A DNA stretch of 37,234 bases from Octopus bimaculoides (GCF_001194135.2 NC_068985.1:94200044-94237277), one strand, 5' to 3'. Positions 1-11,916 are shown, counted from the first letter of the stretch. Translations and numbers: made by a program. The notes: a model not told the origin generated them from the sequence alone.

Positions 1-67
<67 letters not shown>
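1..67. repeat. (TAA)n microsatellite, running off the window start
   Basis: Perfect TAA array read directly; it abuts an R4/Dong-like 3' end at 68. Confidence 0.97.
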
Positions 68-68
<1 letters not shown>

Positions 69-199
69 TCCTACGCAAAACACTTTCAATACAGTAACCA
101 TAAGAGCACCACAGCAAACCACAGCACATACCCAAGGCGCACAGAGCTGCGCTCGGTAGTGAAGTGAAAGCACGTTATAAAAATAAAACTACTGAACGA
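68..199 (+). mobile_element. Extremely 5'-truncated R4/Dong-like non-LTR retrotransposon (last ORF codons plus 3' UTR), followed by a (TAA)n tail to ~231
   Basis: 68-97 translates ILRKTLSIQ*, matching the C-terminus typical of R4/Dong ORFs (..TAHILRKxLSx*). About 100 nt of 3' UTR follows, then TAA repeats. Dong elements are known to target TAA arrays. Confidence 0.75.
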
Positions 200-232
200 T
201 AATAATAATAATAATAATAATGATAATAATAA

Positions 233-343
233 GTATCAAGACCAGCAGATAACAACGTTTATCTAAAAGAACTGGGGAATCTTTTAAAATACAAAGACCT
301 GGAAATACAGGTAACTCGAATGTGGAATCTAAAAGCAGAAACT
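233..343 (+). mobile_element. R4/Dong-like REL-endonuclease domain fragment
   Basis: Open frame VSRPADNNVYLKELGNLLKYKDLEIQVTRMWNLKAET matches the REL segment DVxxPxDxNxxxKExEKLSKYKDLEIExxRMW. It starts directly after a TAA array and stops abruptly at the Gypsy remnant. Confidence 0.85.
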
Positions 344-344
344 A

Positions 345-1445
345 ATCATTTCATCCAAAATTCGTAATTGTTTTCCTGAGATGCTTCTCGCAATTTTTGC
401 AATTTTTTCAATGTAGGCCTTTCTATTTTTAAATCCATGTATCCTCGTTAATTATTGATGTCGCTACATGTGACCCACTGTAGTCTCGTATTCACAGTAT
501 TTATTTTTATACACACAAATTTTCTTTATTGCGCCTCGATTTGCATTTGTGTTAACAATACTTCTTTTCTAAGAATTTTTTCGTTCGACCATTTTTGTTT
601 CACCCAACAATTTGAATTCGTGTGTCCATTTTTTTCCAAATCTAGAAAACTTTTGATTCTTAACAGGACAGTTTCTTTTGAAATGTATTTCTCCACATCC
701 ATAGCATTATTTGGGTCTTGGCTGCTCTTTTTTTTTTTCGTATCTGTTACCGGTCGACACGTATGTATATTTGAATAATCTTTTTCAATTGTTTTCTGCT
801 TCCTGCTGTAGATTTGTAATTATATGTAGCGTTAGTTTTGAATCTTGTTCAAGCTTTGTCAATATTCAAATTCTTATCTTTGCATCTTTACTTGCCGTTA
901 ATACTTGTACGAAGATTAAACATTTAAACATGTCCAGGTTTTATTCGTCAAGTTTAAATTTTTCACATTCTCTATTTACGATTCTGGCATACGTGACAAA
1001 ATTTTCTTTCGTTTTTCTTTTCTTTTTTTTTTCTCAAATTCAAACACTCCTTGTGAACATTAATTAGAAAACTTTTTCAGTGAATATTTTAGATAATTGC
1101 TTAATTGTTTCCTCTAAACACATTTCGGATGGTTTTCTCGGCAACATGTAATTACAAAACTTTTCATGTTCTGCTGGTGATAATTTCCTTAAAAGAAAAC
1201 GTACATTCTTTTCAACCCAATTACCAACCGCGTCCACCGAAAACGAACTTGAAGTGATTTTTTAACTGCAACAATAATTCCAACAACTGTTGATTTTGTT
1301 GTTGTTCTTGTTGCTGTTGTACCTATCTTTGCTGTTTCTGTTGCTCTTGATGTTGCTGCTGTAGTTGCCGTGGCAACTGAACAAGGGAAGCTAATAGGTC
1401 TTCCATACTAAGAACGTGAGCTTCGAATGTCTCATCGCCACTGTT
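345..1445 (-). mobile_element. Degenerate Ty3/Gypsy LTR-retrotransposon gag-protease region (stops and frameshifts), with PBS
   Basis: ATG at 1406: MEDLLASLVQLPRQLQQQ.. then VRFLLRKLSPAEHEKFCNYMLPRKP, FVTYARIVNRECEKFKL and FKCLIFVQVLTASKDAKIR. A zinc knuckle CYGCGEIHFKRNCP lies at 665-706, and a decayed aspartic protease (LQWVTCSDI/IINEDTW..IERPTLKK..KIARSISGKQL) at ~345-490. PBS-like TGGCGATGAG follows ..AACAG at 1431-1445. Confidence 0.85.
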
Positions 1446-1479
1446 GTGTCTCGTCGACACTGTTATGTCGACACTTCTT

Positions 1480-2415
1480 AGTCTTGATTGCATAAATAAC
1501 TCCTGAATGAGTCGAATTATAGATACAAGGTGTATGAAGAAAATCAATCGTCTTCTCTATACTGGATTAGTTGTAACGTTTTCCGAAAAGTTATCAACAG
1601 TTACAAGTACTCATTTATAGTGTGAAAAAAATTAGTGATGACATCAAAATGGAATTTGAATTTGGCAAATATACTGAGATTATATTTGAGTAGGGAAAAG
1701 CGAAGCATATGCAACGGTACCCTAGATATAAATACCGATACAAAATAATGAGAATCTGAATGTATTTACAAGCATTTATGTGTTTTTGAAGGAATTGGGA
1801 TTAAGTCGTTAAGAACGAGAGACAAAATAATGAGGCAATTAAGCGAAAAGAAAGAACTATTCTGGACATTAAGTTGAATCTCTGGAACAAAATTGAGGCC
1901 AAAACACAAACGCCATACTTGTAATCATATGTAGTTTCAATGACCAGTGCCTTCCAACAAATATTTACGAACGGAATTTTCTGAACTTCGAAAACAATCC
2001 AGCCACAGCAATGCGTATTCAGAGAACATCTAGAGAAAATTGCCCACATCATCTCCGGACGTGGTCACCTGGAACCAACAGAGTATTTGCAAAGATATGA
2101 CTTGGCCGCTTAGTACATACACCAGTCAATAAGCCACACTTACATTCTTTCTGACAAAGAGATTTGGTGGAAACATAAACCACGACAAGTTATACTGAAT
2201 ACTGATAATCTCCTTATATAGAATGTCAGTGTTGACACTAATAGGACGTTTAACGCTAACCGAGCAAATATCATTATGAAAAGCCATACCATTCGTTGGA
2301 TTTTGCAGCCCTAACTGTCAAAGCATGTCTGAAAAGCGCTTGACAAATTGTGTAAATACATAGGCTTGGAAACAGAAATTAGGAGGTGTCAAATCAAAGC
2401 ATCGACATTATGTAT
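1480..2415 (+). mobile_element. Degenerate R4/Dong-like non-LTR retrotransposon: RT C-terminal half, internal deletion, CCHC and REL endonuclease
   Basis: Hand translation across frameshifts gives INRLLY..(YMDD-like), YQQLQVLIYSVKKISDDIKMEF, YKHLCVFEGIGI, then DQCLPT, EKIAHIISGRGHLEPTEYLQRYD, IWWKHKPRQV, DTNRTFNANRANII and DKLCKYIGLETEIRR. The motifs are in the expected R4/Dong order. Confidence 0.85.
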
Positions 2416-2804
2416 TGATAATAAAATACTTTGAATGGTATGAAAAGGAAAAAAAAACATATAGGTAGATTTCGTTCCTGGTAGCCACACTATAATTGAA
2501 TTTCAACAGGTCATACGTCTGGGTGTCTCACATACCTTATGTACATTTCTGTCCGTGTAATTACAATTTTATACATTCAATTTCAAAATAAATTTTATAA
2601 AAAGAAATAATTTAGTTTTAATTTTTAACATAGAGATTACAGTTTCAATTGCGTGACCCCAGTAGTTGTTTGCATTTTTACATGTAAATCCCGTTTCCCC
2701 TGACGTCTCTGATTGCCACTGGCCTGCTTCTCGTACACAAAACAACAGAACAATAATCACCGCAACAATATTGCTAATACTACTAAATACTAGTAATACG
2801 GACA

Positions 2805-2919
2805 CTAATAATCCTTTTCTTCTATACACACAAGGCCCGGAATTTATGGGGAAGAGACGAATGAAATGTTGCTAAGCATTTTGTCCGGCGTGCTAACGAT
2901 ACTGCCAACTCAACGCCTT
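2805..2919 (-). mobile_element. tRNA-derived SINE (family B here), internally deleted
   Basis: Shares head (gctaagcattttgtccggcgtgctaacg..gcc..gcctt) and 3' end (cctttt..caaggcccggaattt) with the copies at 17857 and 25086; the middle, including the B box, is missing. Confidence 0.75.
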
Positions 2920-2944
2920 CACTTATAATACTAATAATGATAAT

Positions 2945-3141
2945 TCATTGTAATTTCGACATGAAGCCAATAATTTTGTGGCTATTAGCGTATTACATCA
3001 GATTCATTGCTCAACTGATAGCTATTTTATCGTCCCCAAAATTATGAAAGCGAAAGTAAACCTAAGAGATACTTGTACACAAAAGAAATGCCACGAAGCA
3101 TTTTGTACAACGCTCTAACGTTATTGCCAAATCACCGCCTT
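2945..3141 (-). mobile_element. Older, diverged SINE family B copy
   Basis: Collinear similarity (ttttatcgtcccc..atgaaagcgaaagt..aagcattttgtacaacgctctaacgttattgcc..ccgcctt) to the 17857-18008 copy. Confidence 0.6.
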
Positions 3142-4587
3142 AACAATAACACTTTTGTTCCAGCAACATCCTGTAAGCAATACTTCTAATTTCAAATGTA
3201 ATGTAATACCCGTATATTCAAACCTTTTCCGATGGAAATGATTATATCAATTCGTCATTTTGAGAACTACAGAAAGAACGATTGATTGCGTAACATACTT
3301 GTTTCTGTATTTCAACGCAAACTGAAACTACTAATGTTATCCACATCGAAATGCACTGGAAAGTGAAGTGTGCATTGCATAGAAAACTACTGACTGATAT
3401 ATATCATGTCCAGTGTCCGATAGTTGCAGGTAACTTAATGAGAGTACATAGAAGCGTCAATCTTCTGATCAGCATCTTGCTATATTTCACACAATTCTAA
3501 TCGCTCGGATCTTTAAATTTCATTCTTCTGTTACATATCGTGCAATAGTTTCTGTCAGTGTTGATTGTGTATAATTTCGCAGGTGTCATGCTTTTCTATG
3601 GCTTCAACTATTCCTGTTTCTGCAGTTACATTCACTAATATAATTGTCTGCATAATAAATTTCTTTTTCTATTATTATTTCTCAGATCTATAACAATGGA
3701 TGAGTGAAATTCACCACTCACCACCACCAACAACAACAACACACACACCACATCCATTTCTCGGAATGAATGTGCGTATGCACGCTTCTTATCTGTGTCC
3801 GCATGCGTGGTTTTGTGTATTATCACGGCGTATACAAAAGCATATGTGACTGTCACACCATATGTATATAATTACTTGCACAGACCTGCATTCTATACAC
3901 ATGTCCTTCCTGTACATATGAGGTTGTAAATGTGTTCACATGCATGAATATACGCCCATGCACATGCATGAAAAACGTGTGTTTCCGGATGTGTTCTTAC
4001 CTGACAGTGTTCCTGTGAATGTTCATTTTTCTTGGTGTACGAGAGTATGTGTCGTTTTAATCGTATCCATATCCGGCTGTCGAATCGCACGACGAATCCA
4101 CACGAATTCTCTATCGTATTTATCAATCCTACAACACAAATAGCAATTTTTCAGTTCGATGCAGTGTTATTAAACCCTCAGAAAATAGAACTTACGTCTG
4201 AACATCTTTAACCACTCAGCAGTTCCTACGCAATTCATACGAATATGCATTTAAAATGCTAGACAAATCTCATCTTTCAAAACAGCTTTCGTTGCTCATT
4301 CCAGTGAAAGCCAAATTACCATTGTTATAAGCAGATTATATGCATCAAGTTTGCTTCGCATTAATAACGCAGTTGTCCAACGCCTACGTTGATAGATTTA
4401 AATAAATATAAGTTCCAAAACCTGTTTCAGGCGAAGGAAACAATTCCCACTTCATGCTATACAGAAACAGACTTACACCTGTACGAAGTGCGATATCATA
4501 CTATTCCAAACGCTTAGAAATAGTCTCCGGCTCTCGTAATTATATCCGTATGCATGCAATCTACATACCCCCCCCCATATATATATA

Positions 4588-4646
4588 NNNNNNNNNNNNN
4601 NNNNNNNNNNNNNNNNNNNNNNNNNNNNNNNNNNNNNNNNNNNNNN
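4588..4646. other. Assembly gap (N), flanked by (AT)n
   Basis: Run of N read directly. Confidence 0.99.
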
Positions 4647-5889
4647 ATATACTTACATACATACATGCATATATTTATATATGTATACACACACACACAC
4701 TGTTCAGCTATTGTTTCTCTTAACTCCCAACAATTATATTAATTAACAATCAGAGAAGCATTTCTTGACTTTTCTCTGAGAGCAACCATAGGAGCACATC
4801 CGACCATTGTAATATCAAAAGCATAAAAGTGACAGTACCTCGCATTCAAATCCTGTATATATATATATATATATTCACACACACAAACATACAGCCACGC
4901 GTCCACGCACACATATACACACAAGTTTATGATTACATACATACATGTGTGCGTGCGTCGCTGTCTGGCAAGAGAAATAGTGTAAAGAACGAGATCGTCG
5001 TTGATTGAAAACAGTTTTTTTCACTTCAGAATATGTTGTTTTTTTTTTTTGAATGGAGAGATAAGCGAAATGTAAATATTAGAATGACTACTCAATTACT
5101 TCATAAAAGAGCCATTTGATAAAAAAATACGTAAACTTTTTGTAAACGGAGGCTAGTTTTAAAATTACCATTAGGTATCCATTAAAAGTTCCCTCATACA
5201 TTATTATTTGTAACTTTATTTTCGCGATCTACCAAAGTTACATATGTTAGCATTAACTTATCTTTTATTCAGTACAGCACATTTTTCTACTTCAGTTGAA
5301 TATAGCCTAATCGATTTTATTTTGAAATTGTATTCACGTAAATGCTAAATAAAATATACAGAAGAAATGAGTTCTTAACTTTCTGCATTTATAATAACTA
5401 AAAAAAATCCCCACGAAATTTCCTCAGAAACAATCTGAAATATTTGGGTTGCTGCTCTGTATGTTCCTAAACATAAGTACGCTGCCAATTAAATGCTGTA
5501 GAAATCATATATATGGAATCGGAAGTGTCATCAAATAGTCATCTATGTATCAGAAATGACAATAGTCATCTATGTATCAGATAAAAAATAGAGGCACTAT
5601 AAATGGAACAGTTACTGCAGTAGTTGTCCTGAAATAACATCTTTTATGCACGAATGTGTTCAAAACATTAAATACGGCCGCGATTAGAGACCGCTGCAAA
5701 ACTCTCACACCAGTCCAAATGGCGAAACACAACTGTCGTTGTCGCTGTCTAATGCTGTGACGTATTTTCCTCTCCCTCTGATATTTATTTTCGTCACAAT
5801 ACTTCTATGTGATATATTGTCAATGACAGCATGCCGTGCAGACATACATACACAATGTATAAACATACGTTCATACATACATACAAATA

Positions 5890-5921
<32 letters not shown>

Positions 5922-6549
5922 NNNNNNNNNNNNNNNNNNNNNNNNNNNNNNNNNNNNNNNNNNNNNNNNNNNNNNNNNNNNNNNNNNNNNNNNNNNNNNN
6001 NNNNNNNNNNNNNNNNNNNNNNNNNNNNNNNNNNNNNNNNNNNNNNNNNNNNNNNNNNNNNNNNNNNNNNNNNNNNNNNNNNNNNNNNNNNNNNNNNNNN
6101 NNNNNNNNNNNNNNNNNNNNNNNNNNNNNNNNNNNNNNNNNNNNNNNNNNNNNNNNNNNNNNNNNNNNNNNNNNNNNNNNNNNNNNNNNNNNNNNNNNNN
6201 NNNNNNNNNNNNNNNNNNNNNNNNNNNNNNNNNNNNNNNNNNNNNNNNNNNNNNNNNNNNNNNNNNNNNNNNNNNNNNNNNNNNNNNNNNNNNNNNNNNN
6301 NNNNNNNNNNNNNNNNNNNNNNNNNNNNNNNNNNNNNNNNNNNNNNNNNNNNNNNNNNNNNNNNNNNNNNNNNNNNNNNNNNNNNNNNNNNNNNNNNNNN
6401 NNNNNNNNNNNNNNNNNNNNNNNNNNNNNNNNNNNNNNNNNNNNNNNNNNNNNNNNNNNNNNNNNNNNNNNNNNNNNNNNNNNNNNNNNNNNNNNNNNNN
6501 NNNNNNNNNNNNNNNNNNNNNNNNNNNNNNNNNNNNNNNNNNNNNNNNN
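5922..6549. other. Assembly gap (N), flanked by (AT)n
   Basis: Run of N; it creates the spurious 260-330 aa ORFs in the track. Confidence 0.99.
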
Positions 6550-8648
6550 TATATATATATATATATATATATATATGTTTGTATTTGTGCGTACTTATAC
6601 ATTATATAGCTAATGTAATACGATATTATACCTGCCTCAGAAGAACTATTAACATAGCAGTTAAATGTATCCATAGATTAATAGAAGTTTTGCTACGGGT
6701 GAGTGAACAACGCAATATATTGATGCTATGACTCCTTGGAATCGTTTCGCAAAATTCTAGCGTGAATATTTGAAACGAAAATAGCATATGGCTGGTAGAG
6801 AGTACCTAACATAACGAAAATCCGAGCCATCTCCTACCAGCTTTAAAAGATATCACATAAAATAAAGAAATATAGAGCAAGATATTTCATGCAATGTTCT
6901 GAAATGCCTGTTTCTCAATGCTATATATTATATAAAGTCAGGTGGTATTGTATTTTTGGAGAAATATTATTGGGAATGTATAAGTATAAATATATTTGAT
7001 TACATTTCAGAACATCTGCTTCTCCTTGCATCTTTTAATGTAAGGAACAGATACACAATTCTTTTTCATAGGAGAAAGCTTTGAGAAATGGACATACTAC
7101 ATTTTCCAAATATGTACCCAATATAATTGAAACCGTTACGACATATAAGTAAAATAAAGCTTTTATAATGACTTGGAAATAATGATTATAAACTCTAAAC
7201 TTATATATCGGTAGCCGTTGCTTTTAGGAGAAAGCTGAAAATTTAAAAACTGTTTAACGAATGATAACCGCAAATTCAATATACTTTACAATGTTTAATT
7301 TTAACGTTTCATGCTATTTAACTCTGTATAACAAACAACAGCATTCTTAAAAAATCATAGCACATTTGCGGTAAACTGCCCAACATATCACTTGAATACT
7401 CACGACAGAAATTTCTAACATTTTCATCTATAATGCTGCATGGGTTATATTCAACCTCACCTGTTAAGACAGCACTTATATCACTTAGAAATATTGTAAA
7501 AAATAGCTGTCAACATCCCACAAAATATTTTCTCGTCTCTTTTTTTTTTTTTTGTTTTTAGACGCAATATTTTGTTATTCACTCTTTTCCTCCAAGAATA
7601 ATTATATCAATGTCATTTTCAGAATAATAGAGAGCGAGCGTTCAAATGCGTAATATACGTGTATCCACATTTCAACGGAAACGCAAGTCACTTCACAAAG
7701 GACACTGTAATATAATGCTAAATACTTCGTGAATTATAACTTACTGAATGTAATGTAATAGCGGAGCCAGTTTACAATAATCGCTAGTTACTTATGAATA
7801 TCTATCGCGTAATATATATTGGATTGTCACTCTTGAGAACAGTATTACGATATGCTTCACAGCTTATATATAACATTTGGGCAGTCTCGCATCTTTAACT
7901 TTCTGTTATATATTAAATATAATACAAGACTCTCTGTCATTCTTTGTGCATTTAATTTCACCGGAAACAGCCTTCAGTATCTCTTCAAATGTTTCTGGTT
8001 AGGCCGTTATATGTACTTATGTAAATACCCGTATGTTAACAAAATATTTTTCAATCACAAACAGACGGAAATATAATAATAAATTAACAGTATAGTTTAG
8101 CACTTAAAAAAAAAAGGCCACTTTCATTTCACAAATATATATTTTAAAATAACATTTTCGTTTCATGCACCTATAAGTAGATGTACCTGCACGGACACAT
8201 ACAAATAAACACTTACATACGGATGCAGCATTACACATTTATGTGTGTATGTACATGTGTTTCCTCGTGTAATTCTATGTTTATAGATGAGGATAATTTG
8301 TTTTTAAAATGCAATAAAAATACAACCTTAATCATAATTGCTTATGGGTAATGTATTGTTTTATATTATTTTGCCAAATTAAATACGTGACACATACTCA
8401 CAGTTGCATTTATCCATCTGCGCATATTTAACTAGTTGCAAATGGAACATATCTCTATGCTTTTTACTTTGTATTTAACAAACTGTAGCATTCATATCTA
8501 ATGTTCTTATATTCTGTGGTGGTTCTTAGTAGACGTTTTTCCAGGATAAGCTACATTATTGTCGTGGGTGTTCCATTCTGTCTCTTTTAGTGATTTGCAA
8601 AACGCATACATATATAACTTCAATAAACACAAACTCACCCACTGTATG

Positions 8649-8701
<53 letters not shown>

Positions 8702-8826
8702 GCACATACGCGCACCCAGGCATATATGTAGAACAAATAAATTAGCTAGTAACAGCGTCCCTATTGAGAAGTAATGTTTATCGTCAATTACTACTTTCAA
8801 CTCTTACAGACACACACACAAACGCC

Positions 8827-8865
<39 letters not shown>

Positions 8866-8870
8866 AAATA
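8649..8870. repeat. (CA)n/(TA)n microsatellite cluster
   Basis: Read directly. Confidence 0.95.
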
Positions 8871-9481
8871 TATATATATGAATGTATGTATATATAAAAT
8901 GGTATACTAAAAGTAATCCACAATTGCAAGAGACTTGCATGATTATCCTCTCAGACTCACAAACGTATATACAGATATACACGCTTTTATAATAGCAAAT
9001 TTTGGGAAAGCCGTGTATAATTGTTTTATTAATCTCTAAGGCTATAATTATTTGTTTATGAAATGGAAACGTTCTTTATTTAATGATTTAAATGTATATA
9101 TTATTATGAATATTTGAAATGGGTAGATATTCTCGAGTGGATATATTCTAACACGAGCAACATTGAAATGTATTTTTGCGTTGAGAATAAGGCGGGAAAA
9201 GTGAATGGAAAACGGAGATATTTCTTTTTTTTTCCCAAGCAAATGATTTAATTCAATATTGTGTGCAATGAAAAAAAATTATATAATGAAAAAGGCGGAG
9301 TAGATATATAAAGCAATACAAAATCATTGAATTGATTTCCCTCTATGTTTCGTTTTTTCTCTTTTTTTTAAGTTTGCAAACTTTGGAAATTTTCTTACTG
9401 GAAAGTACCAATGGGTCCCGAGCTCTTCCAGTGTTCTTATTTAATTAACACCATAAATGTTTAATACAGTTGATAAAATAT

Positions 9482-10121
9482 GTAGTTTTGGCATGGGACA
9501 TCATCACTTGCCATGAAAGTGACACTGGGAAAAATATACGAAGCCCATTATACACATCATGACTACCAGTCTGATAAGGGTACACCAGGCACATGCATCA
9601 CAACCACGTGTGCGTGACATGGTGATCTCATATCAAAATAAACAGCTCATGACCTCGCAGGTGAGGCCCAGTTATAATTTTCTTCAGGTCGGGTAGCCCA
9701 TACCGCTCAAAAGGTCCCTGAATAAGGTTTGTTTAAGGATGTTGAACAAAACACCCATGTGTCCAAAGATGAATTATTCAGTTCCTCCCAAAACATGGCT
9801 ATGATGGTCCCCCACTACTTCCGCTCATGATCAGAGATGCACATATCGTCAGCCACCAAGTGACGTGCTCAACTGGTTAAGGTCAAGCACCCGACAAGCA
9901 AATTTGTGGTATTAAGCAGAATATTTGCTGTAGTCGATCTTTTTTATACCAAGACAAAAGAATGTACATGATAACATTTCCAATCAATTAAGATCAGAAG
10001 CCATGACAGCCATTGCCTGGTACTGCATCCGAGCATCTGTGGTATTACGCAAAATATTTGCTGTAGCCCGTCTTTTATGCCAAGACCAAACAATATACAT
10101 GATAGCACTTTCAATCAATTA
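9482..10121 (+). mobile_element. 3' portion of an interspersed retroposon (LINE 3' end/UTR or long SINE; family not assigned), ending in a (TTA)n tail
   Basis: GC-richer block that ends at a TTA array and opens with a short frame VVLAWDIITCHESDTGKNIRSPLYTS* (9482-9562). Its repeat status rests on my recollection of octopus repeats and needs a search. Confidence 0.55.
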
Positions 10122-10128
10122 TTTTTTA

Positions 10129-10222
<94 letters not shown>

Positions 10223-10227
10223 GATTA

Positions 10228-10297
<70 letters not shown>
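10122..10297. repeat. Compound microsatellite (TTA)n-(GTA)n-(TTA)n
   Basis: Read directly; it explains the poly-L/V/Y/I/S/N ORFs. Confidence 0.97.
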
Positions 10298-10727
10298 GTA
10301 GAGAATAAAAAAGTTTTGAATGGTACAACAATGCACTATATTACAAAAAATGGACTATATGCCTGTTGTAATTTAGTTATTACAATCACTTGCCGAGAGT
10401 CACCCAGCGTCCTAGCGCGAATGAAGGATAAGATATGTTATAGTATGACTGAAAGCTTGACGAGGACAAGTAGCAGGAGCAGTAGGAAAATATCTTCATG
10501 CAATACAACACAGATATTTCATTGATATGTTTTTTTTCTTCTATGTTTGCTAGCAGTACTAGTTAGCACAAATTATGAGGTTTCTCTGAGACATGGTTCT
10601 CCCGGAATATTATCTAGAAGTTTCTGACATCTCTTTCTTATCATACCTTGTACACCTAAACTAACAGGAACAGTTCTCACTTTAAGAAACCACATCTTTT
10701 ATATTTCAATTTCTATGACCTTATATG
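10298..10727 (-). mobile_element. 5'-truncated R4/Dong-like element (REL C-terminus plus 3' UTR) with (TAA)n tail
   Basis: Minus strand reads YKVIEIEI*KMWFLKVRTVPVSLGVQGMIRKRCQKLLDNIPGEPCLRETS*FVLTSTASK, matching KYKDLEIEIxxMWxLKxxTIPVIxGALGxIxKG..IPGxP..EIQKIVLxxTAHILR. About 230 nt of UTR then leads into TAA repeats. Confidence 0.8.
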
Positions 10728-11870
10728 TTGTGTTGTTAAATTTAGTGTTTCAGCGTAGTTTGTTCCTGTTTTGTATATTATTGTTTCTTTCGTTCAACGT
10801 AGAGACATCCATACATGCACACACTTTCATGAATACATAAATTATACCCCGTTCATAATAGTTCCATTGAGAATAATTTGTTTTCATTTGGAAACATGCT
10901 ATTTATTGTGTAACAGTATAAATCTAAGATATTCCTTCGATAATTTTATGTAAATCATAGGGAGCATGTATCCGCAATATCATCGACAATTCACACGTCC
11001 TTTAGAGATAATTTATATGTAGACTAGGAATAACTTAACCATACATTAGCAGGCACTGCATCATTGATTGAATATTATGTAATTGCGTTTACATTCTGAA
11101 GAAAATCTGGACAGCTGCCAAGAAAAAATCTTTATAGAAGGAGTGCGTTAAAATATATTCTGCACTGCATTAAAAATTAAAAAAAGAAAATAATATAAAA
11201 AAAAACCAGGAAAAGTATAATCTTTTTGCACTAAGAGCTAAATGTGTTGTGAAAAATCAAAGTTGTTTGTGTAGTCGTAGTTAAATATAAAGTTCATCGA
11301 AGGTGAGGCATTTTGTATTTAACATATGTTAGACTCATTTGAATAATGTTTACTCAACTTTGTAATACGTATGAGGTGACGGCTTTGTGCTTAAAATTTT
11401 AGGCATGAACTACAATTAGATATATATGCTGTGTCTAGCAAAAGAAAAACAAACAAAATAAAGAAAAGAGTGTAACTTAAGAACAATACAACAAACATAT
11501 TAGTATATTTTACTTGAAGGCATGGTAAGTGGTTACGAATTCCATATCGATCTCCGAGGTCTTTGTCTCAATCCTATTCAGGTACAGCTAATATCGAGAG
11601 TAAAGTTTGTTAGATGGAAAATATTGGAGTGTTTGGAAGAGTGAAGGTCGTAGCATTGATACTTCAAAACAAGATATGCACTCATACTGAAACACACCTG
11701 TGATATACAGACAAAGCAAAACAATCACATACACATATACGTTTGTGTGCGCGTATATGTGTGTTTTTGAGTGCTGTCTACTGGTACATCTATGGCAGTG
11801 AGTTAGTATAAGTCTGCAGGGGTATCAACAAGGATTTGCCTCTGTGTAGCTCTATGCATTCCCGTATGAG

Positions 11871-11874
<4 letters not shown>

Positions 11875-11916
<42 letters not shown>
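11875..11916. repeat. (TA)n microsatellite
   Basis: Read directly. Confidence 0.97.

Noticed and set aside
1442-1650. Apparent Gypsy 5' LTR with a TATA-like ctataaat and a TG..CA boundary near 1646
   Set aside because: From ~1480 this sequence translates as Dong/R4 RT (..VKKISDDIKMEF..) on the + strand, so it is not an LTR.
4184-4520. Two small minus-strand exon-like segments with GTAAGT donors (near 4190 and 4475)
   Set aside because: Weak acceptors, very short, no recognisable product; expected by chance.
5690-5760. CAAATGGCG (YY1-like) with CpG-containing flanks as a possible promoter
   Set aside because: A single short motif with no associated gene evidence.
5739-6731. Long ORFs of 260-330 aa, and similar ORFs over the other N gaps
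   Set aside because: They exist only because N runs and (AT)n arrays contain no stop codons.
6640-7045. Small + strand exon-like segments (6640-6697 with GTGAGT; 7011-7039 with GTAAGG)
   Set aside because: No recognisable peptide and no consistent chain with other candidates.
11520-11700. tRNA-like head (ggcatggtaagtggtt..tcaatcc)
   Set aside because: Too decayed to fold as a tRNA; at most an ancient SINE, not confidently assignable.
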